A stretch of 64,000 bases of DNA from Deltaproteobacteria bacterium (GCA_034670305.1 JAXMNT010000005.1:64001-128000); one strand, 5' to 3'. Shown: positions 51,818 through 59,853, counted from the stretch's first letter. A program made the numbers and translations. Notes: generated by a model from the sequence alone, not told the origin.

Positions 51818-52510
51818 ATGATCCCCCAGCCACACAGTCCCGCAACCATTGAAGAATTCGCCGAATCTGCCGGATCGGACAATTCCCTCAGCTGCGCTCC
51901 CGCAGCGCGATTGTCGGAGATCCGGGGCGGCCAGGGGCGCACCACGCTGGCCGCGCTCGAGATCTTGGCCGCCCAAACGCGAGGTGAACCGGTCGCATGG
52001 ATCCAGCCCCGGGCTTCCACTTCCCTCTACCCGCCGGACCTCGCGGCCATGGGCATCGATCTCGACACCCTCGTGGTGGTGAACGTGCCGCCCAAAGCCC
52101 TCGAGGTGCTGGCCGCGTCGGAGGTGCTGCTCCGATCCGGCGGCTTCGGACTGGTGGTCGCGGACCTGACCGGCAGCGGTTCCACCATCGCAACCCGCGC
52201 CACCTCTCGACTGGCCCGGCTGGCCCGTCAACACAGCGCACGCCTCTTGCTCCTGACCGAAGAGGGCGTGGGCGAAGTCGGACCGCTGGTCAGCCTCCGG
52301 GTGCGGCCAGCGCTCGAACGACAGGGAGACGACTTCCGTCTCCACGTCGAGATCGAACGCGACAAGACCACCGAAGCGGGCGGCAGCGCCGCGCCCGGGC
52401 GCGTGATGGTCCGTGGACCGGTCGGCGCGTCGGAAGCGGACCGCGTCACCACGAACCGAGACCGATCGAGCGGGACTTCGGTCGTGTCGATCCGCCGGAG
52501 GGTGGCATGA
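51818..52510 (+). CDS. imuA: ImuA-like RecA-fold protein
   Basis: Degenerate Walker A (GGQGRTT), LYPPDLAAMGIDL, LLRSGGFGLVVADL; first gene of the cassette. Confidence 0.8.
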   Translation: MIPQPHSPATIEEFAESAGSDNSLSCAPAARLSEIRGGQGRTTLAALEILAAQTRGEPVAWIQPRASTSLYPPDLAAMGIDLDTLVVVNVPPKALEVLAASEVLLRSGGFGLVVADLTGSGSTIATRATSRLARLARQHSARLLLLTEEGVGEVGPLVSLRVRPALERQGDDFRLHVEIERDKTTEAGGSAAPGRVMVRGPVGASEADRVTTNRDRSSGTSVVSIRRRVA

Positions 52511-54738
52511 CCCAGCTCGCCATCGACGGACTCGAACCCGAACGCGATGCACGCGAAGAGGACGACGTGCCCTCCCGCGCGCAGCGGCGGCCCGAACACC
52601 GGCCCCCTCGGAGCAAACGCCGCAAGACCCGTCGCGCCCTGCGCCGCTCCGTGCTGCCGCCGAGCACGGACGAGAGCGCGACTGCGTCGGGAAGCACTGC
52701 GCCTTCGGGAAGCACTGCGCCTTCGGGAAGCACTGCGCCTTCGGGAAGCACTGCGCCTTCGGGAAGCACTGCGCCTTCGGGAAGCACTGCGCCTTCGGGA
52801 AGCACTGCGCCTTCGGGGGCGGCGGCCAGCGAACTTCCGGTGGGCGCCACGGCCGTGCTCCCCACGTTCCCTGCTCCGGAGCCCGCGCCCAAGCGGCGGG
52901 GCGTCTCGGTCGGGGACGATCCGGAGCTCGCGCACGCGGCGATCGTGATCGGCCAGCTCCCCGTGCAGCTCGTGCTTCGACGGGAACCTCGATGGCGCGG
53001 CACCCCGGTCGCGATCGTCGCGGGTGATGGACCCAACGCGTTGGTCACCCACCTGTCTCGGGAGGCACGCAAGCGAGGCCTGCGGGTCGGGTTGAGCCAA
53101 GGGGTCGCCCGCAACCTGGTGCCCGATCTTCGAACCCGCATCGTCACCGACGCAGAGCGCGACGCACTTCACCAGGACCTCGCCCGCGGTCTGCAGCTCT
53201 TCTCTCCGCGCGTGACGATCGAAGAACGTTTCGAAGGGTGTTTCACCGTCGACCCGACCGGGCTCGGTCCGCTCTTCGGCGGCATGGCCGCGTGGACGCG
53301 CGCGGTGCACGCGTACCTGAAAGGCCGCGGACTCTGGGCCGCCGTCGTGGTCGGCCGACACCGCTACCGCACGCTGGTCTCGGCGCTGTCGATGAACGGC
53401 CCCGCGGTGCTGAGCGCGGAAGACGAGTCCTCGAAGAGCGACGCGTGCACGCTGCGCGCGCTTGGGGTGCCGGAGAAGATCGCCGACCCCCTCGCGATGT
53501 TGAAGGTGCGCACCGTCGGCGCGCTGCGCGCACTCCCGGCGGGCGAACTCGAGACCCGGTTCGGAAGAGACATCCGCGCCCTGCAGGATCTCTTCGCCGA
53601 CCAGGGGCACCTTCCGATGCAGCCGCTCCGCCCCGAGGCACCGCGGCGCATCGAGCGAGAACTGCTGCCCCCGAGAACCACCCGCCATGCCGCGCTCGCG
53701 GATCTCTCCGCGTCGATCGACGAGCTCCTCGTGGATCTTCGTGGGCGCGGGGAAGTCGCCGAGGCGCTCACCTTCTCCCTTCAACTCGAGCGCCACGGAA
53801 CAGCCCGGCTGAGCGACTCCGAACGCCAGGTCGAAGCCCGCCTCGAACCGGCCGAACCCACCTGCGACCATGCGGTCTGGATGGAACTCGTCGGCCTGCG
53901 CTTCGACGAGATCCCCTTGCCCGCCGCGGTCCAGTCACTGGTCGTCGAAGCGGAGGTCCGGGCGCACCACGGCCAGCAGCTGCGGGTCCAGACCGAACCG
54001 GTTCCAAGACGCGACGCCCACGCCGCGGCCCGCGCGCTGGCCCGCCTGCGCGCCAGCTACGGCCCCTCCGCCGTCGCGCGTGCCGAGCTGCGCGACGCCC
54101 ACTTGCCGGAAGCGAAATTCGCGCTGGTCCCCTTCGAACCCGGCGCGCGCCTCGTGCGCAAGGCCGCACCGTCGCGGGCCAAGCCGGCGGTTCGGCACGC
54201 CAGCGCCTCCCCATCCGCACTGGCAGACGCGAAGGCGACACCGAGCGACGCGCCGAAGTCCGCCGGCGCCACGACCGAGCGCACCGTCATCGGAGGCGCG
54301 TCCGGCGCGCGCGCCGCGGGGTCGCTCGTCCTGCTCCGGTCCGACGCGCCCCGCTCCGACGCCATTCGGACCGACTCGGCCGACGCGGACGAAGACGCAC
54401 GCAGCGACGCAGCCGAGGACGGCGGCGACGACCTGGCGAGCCGGCGGGACGCCAGCGTGCCACTGCACGACCACGCACCGGACCGCCCGCGCCTGGCGCG
54501 CCGACTTCTCGCGCGTCCGCGTCGTTTGGGGGCGGGCCGCGAACCTGCGATCGGGGAGCGGGTGGTCGCGTTCTACGGACCGCACACGATCAGCGGGGGA
54601 TGGTGGGGCGCGCCGACGCCGAGCGGCGCGGTGCGCTCCACCGAACGCACGTACTTCTACGTCGAAGGAGAGAGCGGCCGGCTGCACTGGGTCTATCGAT
54701 CGCGCGGCGAGTGGTTCCTGCAGGGACACGTGGACTGA
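52507..54738 (+). CDS. imuB: ImuB, inactive Y-family polymerase-like protein
   Basis: ATGA coupling, ARKRGLRVG, FSPRV, C-terminal GP..ISGGWW...RTYFYVE...WVYR...WFLQGHVD. Confidence 0.85.
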   Translation: MTQLAIDGLEPERDAREEDDVPSRAQRRPEHRPPRSKRRKTRRALRRSVLPPSTDESATASGSTAPSGSTAPSGSTAPSGSTAPSGSTAPSGSTAPSGSTAPSGAAASELPVGATAVLPTFPAPEPAPKRRGVSVGDDPELAHAAIVIGQLPVQLVLRREPRWRGTPVAIVAGDGPNALVTHLSREARKRGLRVGLSQGVARNLVPDLRTRIVTDAERDALHQDLARGLQLFSPRVTIEERFEGCFTVDPTGLGPLFGGMAAWTRAVHAYLKGRGLWAAVVVGRHRYRTLVSALSMNGPAVLSAEDESSKSDACTLRALGVPEKIADPLAMLKVRTVGALRALPAGELETRFGRDIRALQDLFADQGHLPMQPLRPEAPRRIERELLPPRTTRHAALADLSASIDELLVDLRGRGEVAEALTFSLQLERHGTARLSDSERQVEARLEPAEPTCDHAVWMELVGLRFDEIPLPAAVQSLVVEAEVRAHHGQQLRVQTEPVPRRDAHAAARALARLRASYGPSAVARAELRDAHLPEAKFALVPFEPGARLVRKAAPSRAKPAVRHASASPSALADAKATPSDAPKSAGATTERTVIGGASGARAAGSLVLLRSDAPRSDAIRTDSADADEDARSDAAEDGGDDLASRRDASVPLHDHAPDRPRLARRLLARPRRLGAGREPAIGERVVAFYGPHTISGGWWGAPTPSGAVRSTERTYFYVEGESGRLHWVYRSRGEWFLQGHVD
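52687..52812 (+). repeat. Perfect 18-bp tandem repeat x7 (TCGGGAAGCACTGCGCCT; SGSTAP) inside imuB
   Basis: Counted directly. Confidence 0.97.
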
Positions 54739-54747
54739 TCTCTCCGC

Positions 54748-57700
54748 ATGGCTGCGCCGCCGTACGTTCCGCTGTGGACCAAGAGCCACCACAGCTTTCT
54801 CGAAGGGGCCAGCAGTCCGGAGGAACTGATCGACACCGCCGGGGACCTCGGACTGCCGGCGATCGCCCTGACCGACCGCAACGGTGTGTACGGCGTGGTC
54901 CGCGCCCACGAGCGCGCCCGTTCGCGAGACGACGTGCGCGCGATCTTCGGCGTCGAACTCCGGATCGACGACGAGGAGGGCTCCCACGGTGCGCGTGAAC
55001 TCCAGCGCGGCAAGACCAGCGCCCGGTCGGCCGCGGTCGGTGGCAGGTGCGGTGGCACGCGCGGTGGCACGCGCAGTGGCAGTCGCGGTGCCACGCCCAG
55101 CAACGCAGGCAGCGCCGCCGGTGGCACCCGGAGCGCCATCGATGGCCAGCGCGTTGGCGAGGGTACAACGAGCGGATCGAGTCGCTCGGCACCGCGACGA
55201 GTCGGAGGCGCGCCGGCGGGCCGGGTCGTGCTCTTGCCGGTGGACCGGCGCGGCTGGGCCAACCTCTGTCGGCTGACCACCCGCGCGCACACCCGCGGTG
55301 CCAAGGGCGACGCGTGGGCGACGTGCGAAGAACTCGCCGACCACGCCGAGCACCTCATCGCGCTGAGCGCCGACCTCTCGCTGCTCCCAGTCATCCGTGG
55401 CGCCTTCGATCGCCGCGGACACGCCTTCGTCGCGCGTCACCGCATCTCCGGAGAACGGGAGCGCGAACAGCAACTGCGCGCCGCAGCATGGCGCCTCGGC
55501 CTTGGCCTCGTCGGCGGCCAAGAGGTGCTCTACCACCACCCCGATCGGCGCCGGCTGCAGGACGCGGTCAACTGCATCCGCCACCACACCACGCTCCGCC
55601 ACGCCGGCTCGATCCTCAAACCCAACCACGACTTCGCGATCCGCAGCGCGCGGGCGATGCGCGCCCTCTTCCGCGACGACCCGGCGCTGCTCCACGCCAC
55701 CCTCGACATCGCGGCGGAGTGCACCTTCCGGCTCGAAGATCTCCGCTACCGCTACCCGGAGGAGTCGTTGCCCGACGGAGAGACGGAGCAGAGCTGGCTT
55801 CGCGTCCGCACCCTGCGCGGCGCCGAGAATCGGTACCCGGCCGGCGTGCCCGAAGGCGTGCGCACCCAGCTCGAACGCGAGCTCGGCGTCATCGAGCAGC
55901 TCGAATACGGCGGCTACTTCTTGACCATGGTGGAGATCGTCGACTTCTGCCGCGCCGAAGGGATCCTCTGCCAAGGCCGCGGCAGCGCCGCCAACAGCGC
56001 GGTGTGTTTCTGCCTCGGCATCACCGCCATCGATCCGGTGCGCATGGATCTGCTCTTCGAACGTTTCCTCAGCGTCGAACGCGCCGAACCACCCGACATC
56101 GATCTCGACATCGAACACGAGCGCCGCGAGGAGGTCATCCAGCACGTCTACGAACGCTATGGACGCCGCCGCGCCGCGATGGTCGCCAACTGCATCCGCT
56201 ACCGCGGCAAGTCCGCGGTGCGCGAGATGGGCAAAGCGCTCGGCATCCCGGAGACCGATCTGGACGCGGTCAGCAAACTCATGCCGCACTTCGGAGGCGA
56301 GATTCAGGACGCAGAGGAACTGGCCAAGGGCGCGGGGCTCGATCCGCACGCGCCCTCCACGTTTCATCTGTTGAAACTCGCCAGCGAACTCATCGACGCG
56401 CCGAGGCACCAGTCGATCCACCCCGGCGGCTTCTTGCTCGGCGACGTGCCGGTCGACGAACTCGTGCCGGTCGAACCCGCGACGATGGAAGGCCGCACGG
56501 TGATCCAGTGGGACAAGTACGACGTCGAGAACCTGGCGCTCTTCAAGGTCGACCTGCTCGGCCTCGGCGCGCTCACCTGCATCCGCAAGTCCTTCGAGCT
56601 GCTGCGCGAACACGAAGGGCTCGACCTCGGCATCGCCACCGTGCCGCCCGACGACAAAGCGACCTACGACATGGTCTCCCGCGGCGACACCGTGGGCGTC
56701 TTCCAAATCGAGAGCCGTGCCCAGATGGCGATGTTGCCGCGCCTCAAACCCCGCACGTTCTACGACCTCGTCATCGAAGTGGCGATCGTGCGGCCGGGCC
56801 CGATTCAAGGCGACATGGTGCACCCCTACCTGCGCCGCCGCGACGGACTCGAGACCGTCGAGTACCCGCATCCGAAACTCGAGCGTGTGCTCCAGAAGAC
56901 GCTCGGCGTGCCGATCTTCCAGGAGCAGGTGATGAAGGTCGCGGTCGCGGTCGCGGACTACACGCCGGGCGAAGCCGACCAACTGCGCCGCGACATGGCC
57001 GCCTGGCGAAGCTCCGGCAAGATCGAGCAGCACCACGAACGCATGACCGGCGCGATGGTGAACAACGGCATCCCCCTCGACTTCGCCGAGCGTGTCTTCT
57101 CGCAGATCCGCGGCTTCGGCGAATACGGCTTCCCCGAGAGCCACGCCGCGTCGTTTGCGCTGCTCGCCTACGTCACCTCGTGGCTGCGCTGCCACCACCC
57201 CGCCGCCTTCGCCTGCGCGCTCCTCAACAGCATGCCGATGGGCTTCTACAGCGCCGCCACCCTGGTCGAAGACGCGCGCCGCAACGGCGTCGACGTCCTC
57301 CCCATCGACGTCCTGAGCAGCACCTACGACCACTGCCTGGTCCGCGACGCACTCGACTCGGGCGTGGGGGCGGGAGCCGGAGGGGGCGCGGAAGCGGGAG
57401 CGGGAGCGGGAGCGGGAGCGGTGGCGGAAGCAGGGGCGGGAGCGGAAGCGGGAGCGGCTGCGGGATCGGACGCGGCTTCGGGGTCGGCTTCGGCTTCGGC
57501 TTCGGGGTCGGGATCGGCTTCGGCTTCGGGATCGGCTTCGGGCGCACCCGAGGGCACGGGCAAGGGCAAGGGCACGGGCAAGGGAGCGCCGCCTTTGGCG
57601 GCGCTGCGAATGGGCATGCGGCTCGTCAAAGGCCTCTCCGAGTCCGACGCCCACTCGATCGAAACCCTCCGCCGCTCCGGCCGGCTCACCTCGCTCGAAC

Positions 57701-58314
57701 GCCTCGTGCGCGAGACAACCCTCTCCGAACGCGCCCTCGTCTCTCTCGCCGAAGCCGGGGCGCTCGAACGACTCACCCGGAGCCGCCGCGATGCGCTCTG
57801 GCAGATCCGCGCTTTGACCCGCGCCCGCCAAGACGGCATCGCCGCCGCCGCGCCCCGCACCCAGCTCAGCTTCGACGCCCTGACGGAAGACGAAGCCGTG
57901 CTCTGGGACTACCGCGCGTCGAAACACAGCGCGCGCGGCCACCCGATCGCGCGCTTCCGATCGGAGCTCCATGCGCGCGGCATGCCGAGCGCCGTCGACC
58001 TCGAACGCAACCTGCACGGCGACGTCGTGAAGTACGTCGGGCTCGTCATCTGTCGGCAGCGGCCGATGACCGCGAGCGGTGTCACCTTCATGACGCTCGA
58101 AGACGAGACCGGCTTCGCCAACCTCGTCTTCTGGGCCCGTCAGTTCGAACAGGACAGCGTGCTCTTGAAGACCGCGGTGGTGCTCGGCGTCACCGCCGAG
58201 GTGCAGAAGGCCGACGGCGTCACCCACCTCATCGTGCAGCGCGCCTGGCGACCACCCCCCGAGCTGCAACCGAAGACTCAAGAGCTGAACCACCAGTCCC
58301 GCGACTTCCATTGA
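54748..58314 (+). CDS. dnaE2: Error-prone DNA polymerase DnaE2 (ImuC)
   Basis: SFLEGASSPEEL, CQGRGSAANSAVC, PPDIDLD, GFPESHAASFA, C-terminal SRDFH. Confidence 0.95.
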   Translation: MAAPPYVPLWTKSHHSFLEGASSPEELIDTAGDLGLPAIALTDRNGVYGVVRAHERARSRDDVRAIFGVELRIDDEEGSHGARELQRGKTSARSAAVGGRCGGTRGGTRSGSRGATPSNAGSAAGGTRSAIDGQRVGEGTTSGSSRSAPRRVGGAPAGRVVLLPVDRRGWANLCRLTTRAHTRGAKGDAWATCEELADHAEHLIALSADLSLLPVIRGAFDRRGHAFVARHRISGEREREQQLRAAAWRLGLGLVGGQEVLYHHPDRRRLQDAVNCIRHHTTLRHAGSILKPNHDFAIRSARAMRALFRDDPALLHATLDIAAECTFRLEDLRYRYPEESLPDGETEQSWLRVRTLRGAENRYPAGVPEGVRTQLERELGVIEQLEYGGYFLTMVEIVDFCRAEGILCQGRGSAANSAVCFCLGITAIDPVRMDLLFERFLSVERAEPPDIDLDIEHERREEVIQHVYERYGRRRAAMVANCIRYRGKSAVREMGKALGIPETDLDAVSKLMPHFGGEIQDAEELAKGAGLDPHAPSTFHLLKLASELIDAPRHQSIHPGGFLLGDVPVDELVPVEPATMEGRTVIQWDKYDVENLALFKVDLLGLGALTCIRKSFELLREHEGLDLGIATVPPDDKATYDMVSRGDTVGVFQIESRAQMAMLPRLKPRTFYDLVIEVAIVRPGPIQGDMVHPYLRRRDGLETVEYPHPKLERVLQKTLGVPIFQEQVMKVAVAVADYTPGEADQLRRDMAAWRSSGKIEQHHERMTGAMVNNGIPLDFAERVFSQIRGFGEYGFPESHAASFALLAYVTSWLRCHHPAAFACALLNSMPMGFYSAATLVEDARRNGVDVLPIDVLSSTYDHCLVRDALDSGVGAGAGGGAEAGAGAGAGAVAEAGAGAEAGAAAGSDAASGSASASASGSGSASASGSASGAPEGTGKGKGTGKGAPPLAALRMGMRLVKGLSESDAHSIETLRRSGRLTSLERLVRETTLSERALVSLAEAGALERLTRSRRDALWQIRALTRARQDGIAAAAPRTQLSFDALTEDEAVLWDYRASKHSARGHPIARFRSELHARGMPSAVDLERNLHGDVVKYVGLVICRQRPMTASGVTFMTLEDETGFANLVFWARQFEQDSVLLKTAVVLGVTAEVQKADGVTHLIVQRAWRPPPELQPKTQELNHQSRDFH

Positions 58315-58351
58315 TGCACGTGAGCCGCAGTCACCGTGACCTCAACAGCGT

Positions 58352-58458
58352 GTGCCGTGGCCGTGCCCGTGCCCGTGCCCGTGCCCGTGCCCGTGGCTTC
58401 CGAGGCTTCGGAGTCGCCACCCGCAGCCATCTTCGGATTGGGCTTCACGCTTCGGCGT
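58352..58458. repeat. (GTGCCC)n plus degenerate TCGG tract
   Basis: Directly visible. Confidence 0.8.
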
Positions 58459-58598
58459 CAAAGTGCGTCGGACACCACGCACACATGAACGACGCCGATC
58501 CGAAAAACTTCTCTCAATGTGCAGACGGGCGGTTGACGGACCGGAAGGGCGTACCCAATCTGCTGTCTCCCGCGGCGCAGAAAGAAAAGGGAACTTCC

Positions 58599-58799
58599 AT
58601 GATTCATTTGCGCTTCGAAGGACGCTCCTACGAGTTCACGCCCCTGCAGCTCGGTGTTCACGCCGGCAGCGACGCGCGGCACATCAAGGAGCGGATCGCT
58701 CAGTTCCTCGACGTCGGCACGGACCGGCTCCAGCCCTACGTCGTCGATCATTCCCCCACCGGACACGTCATCGTTCGTCCGGAAGCCGTCTACGGCTGA
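58599..58799 (+). CDS. Small ubiquitin-like (beta-grasp) protein, 66 aa, ending RPEAVYG
   Basis: Purine-rich RBS (AAAGGGAA); beta-beta-alpha-beta-beta pattern; C-terminal Gly. Confidence 0.7.
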   Translation: MIHLRFEGRSYEFTPLQLGVHAGSDARHIKERIAQFLDVGTDRLQPYVVDHSPTGHVIVRPEAVYG

Positions 58800-58840
58800 A
58801 GCCTCTCGACCGACGCTTCCCGTCTTGGCATCAAGAGTTC

Positions 58841-59011
58841 GGTTCTCGCGACCCTACGTAGAAAGCCTACATACCCATTTCAAACCTGAGGATGTCGGTG
58901 CAAGTCCGACCCGGCCCGCCGCGACGAACCGTCGCTTCTCCAATGGGTCGGTAGTTCAATAGATAGAACGCAGGAGAGTATCCAAAAGCTTTCGCGACTC
59001 GCGCGAGATCC
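58841..59011 (+). ncRNA. Unit 1: circularly permuted tRNA-like RNA (YrlA/Y-RNA-like topology)
   Basis: T arm GTCGG-TGCAAGT-CCGAC (58894-910) precedes D arm GTTC-AATAGATA-GAAC (58954-69); acceptor CCGGCCC/GGGTCGG is internal; ends closed by GAAAGC/GCTTTC and TCTCGCG/CGCGAGA. Confidence 0.8.
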
Positions 59012-59053
59012 AATCCAACACTGTCCCAAGGGACCCCAACTTCGTCAGGCTAC

Positions 59054-59112
59054 GGTCTGGCACCGTCGGACGTGAGTCCGGCAAAGGGTTGGACGCAAGT
59101 CCAACCTAGACC
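59054..59112 (+). ncRNA. Small three-way-junction element with two GGAC-GYRA-GTCC hairpins
   Basis: GTCGGAC-GTGA-GTCCGGC and GGTTGGAC-GCAA-GTCCAACC, closed by GGTCTG/TAGACC. Confidence 0.45.
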
Positions 59113-59135
59113 AAGATGCAAAGCAGCTTGGTTAT

Positions 59136-59284
59136 GGCGTTGTAGCTCAGTGGTAGAGCTCCAAGTTTACACCGCTTTCGAAACTTACGCGCAGAGCAAT
59201 CAAGCGCGGCCTCATCGTGGAAGCGTACATACTGTTTGGCCTCATAAGCCGGATGTCATAGGTTCGAATCCTATCAACGCCACC
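59136..59284 (+). ncRNA. Unit 2: tRNA(CAT)-like RNA interrupted by a 75-nt structured insert in the anticodon stem
   Basis: Acceptor GGCGTTG/CAACGCC, D arm GCTC-AGTGGTA-GAGC, T arm ATAGG-TTCGAAT-CCTAT; removing 59163-59237 restores CCGGC-CTCATAA-GCCGG. Confidence 0.8.
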
Positions 59285-59312
59285 GACGAACAGATGTCTT
59301 CGACGTCTGACC

Positions 59313-59408
59313 TCGCGCCCACCACCTGTTCCTACACACTCTCTTTGCAACAGAAGTTCTGTCTTCGGGGAGCGATCCCCGTCGCAAACGAACAGGCGAC
59401 TTTCGCGA
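59313..59408 (+). ncRNA. Unit 3: degenerate/minimal member of the same RNA family
   Basis: TCGCG/CGCGA and CCTGTTC/GAACAGG stems, CTACACACT motif, GGGGA-GCGA-TCCCC hairpin where the T arm would lie. Confidence 0.55.
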
Positions 59409-59558
59409 ACACTCGTCACCAACGTTATTGCCCGTCTCTCGCGGGGTTTCTGTGGGCCCGGACGCCTTCGGCTTTCCGAACCCTCGAAAACGGCTCCGGA
59501 CCTGCTCGTCGCTTCGCTCCTGCGCGGGCCCAGAGCCTCCCGCGCGAAAGATCACGTT

Positions 59559-59678
59559 CCTCGTGCCCTCACCCTCGCGGCTTACACACTCGTCTAATGG
59601 CTAGACACCGGATTATGGATCCGGCCATGGTGGTTCGATTCCACCGTGTCCAAATCAGCCGAGAAACCTTGCACGAGG
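59559..59678 (+). ncRNA. Unit 4: tRNA-His-like body (loop TT-ATG-GA) with the acceptor stem replaced by the conserved bulged helix
   Basis: D arm GTCT/AGAC, anticodon arm CCGGA/TCCGG, T arm GGTGG-TTCGATT-CCACC; closed by ACAC/GTGT, CGGCT/AGCCG, CCTCGTGC/GCACGAGG. Confidence 0.8.
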
Positions 59679-59690
59679 TTCACAACTTTC

Positions 59691-59820
59691 TTCCTCGTAC
59701 CCTCACAGGACCGGCTTACATACTAGCCTAATTGGTAAAGGCGACGGATTCTTAATCTGTAGATTGGGGGTTCGAGTCCCCCGTATACTCAAAACAGCCG
59801 ATCCAATCTTGTACGAGGAA
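59691..59820 (+). ncRNA. Unit 5: tRNA-Lys(CTT)-like body with the acceptor stem replaced by the conserved bulged helix
   Basis: D arm GCCT/AGGC, ACGGA-TTCTTAA-TCTGT, T arm GGGGG-TTCGAGT-CCCCC; closed by ATAC/GTAT, CGGCT/AGCCG, TTCCTCGTAC/GTACGAGGAA. Confidence 0.82.
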
Positions 59821-59853
59821 ACTATTTTGTCGGCGCCATTCGGCGCCTTCTGC

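Noticed and set aside
52687-52812. Possible CRISPR array
   Set aside because: Head-to-tail 18-bp repeats with no spacers, in frame within imuB; no cas genes in the window.
54975-57590. Inteins in DnaE2
   Set aside because: Inserts are low-complexity, without Cys/Ser-start plus His-Asn-end splicing motifs or LAGLIDADG blocks.
58533-58562. Sigma70 promoter for the Ubl/RNA operon (TTGACG at 58533)
   Set aside because: No convincing -10 hexamer at 16-18 bp spacing; left uncalled.
59054-59112. c-di-GMP-I riboswitch or hammerhead ribozyme (GGCAAA...GGACGCAA)
   Set aside because: Stem arrangement does not fit the GEMM P2/P3 layout, and the hammerhead CTGANGA/GAAA core is absent.
59072-59731. 219-aa ORF over the RNA array
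   Set aside because: Atypical codon usage; the sequence is fully explained by tRNA-like structures.
59559-59820. Calling units 4 and 5 ordinary tRNA-His and tRNA-Lys genes or a prophage att site
   Set aside because: No 7-bp acceptor stem or proper discriminator-CCA end; no integrase or duplicated tRNA 3' end nearby.
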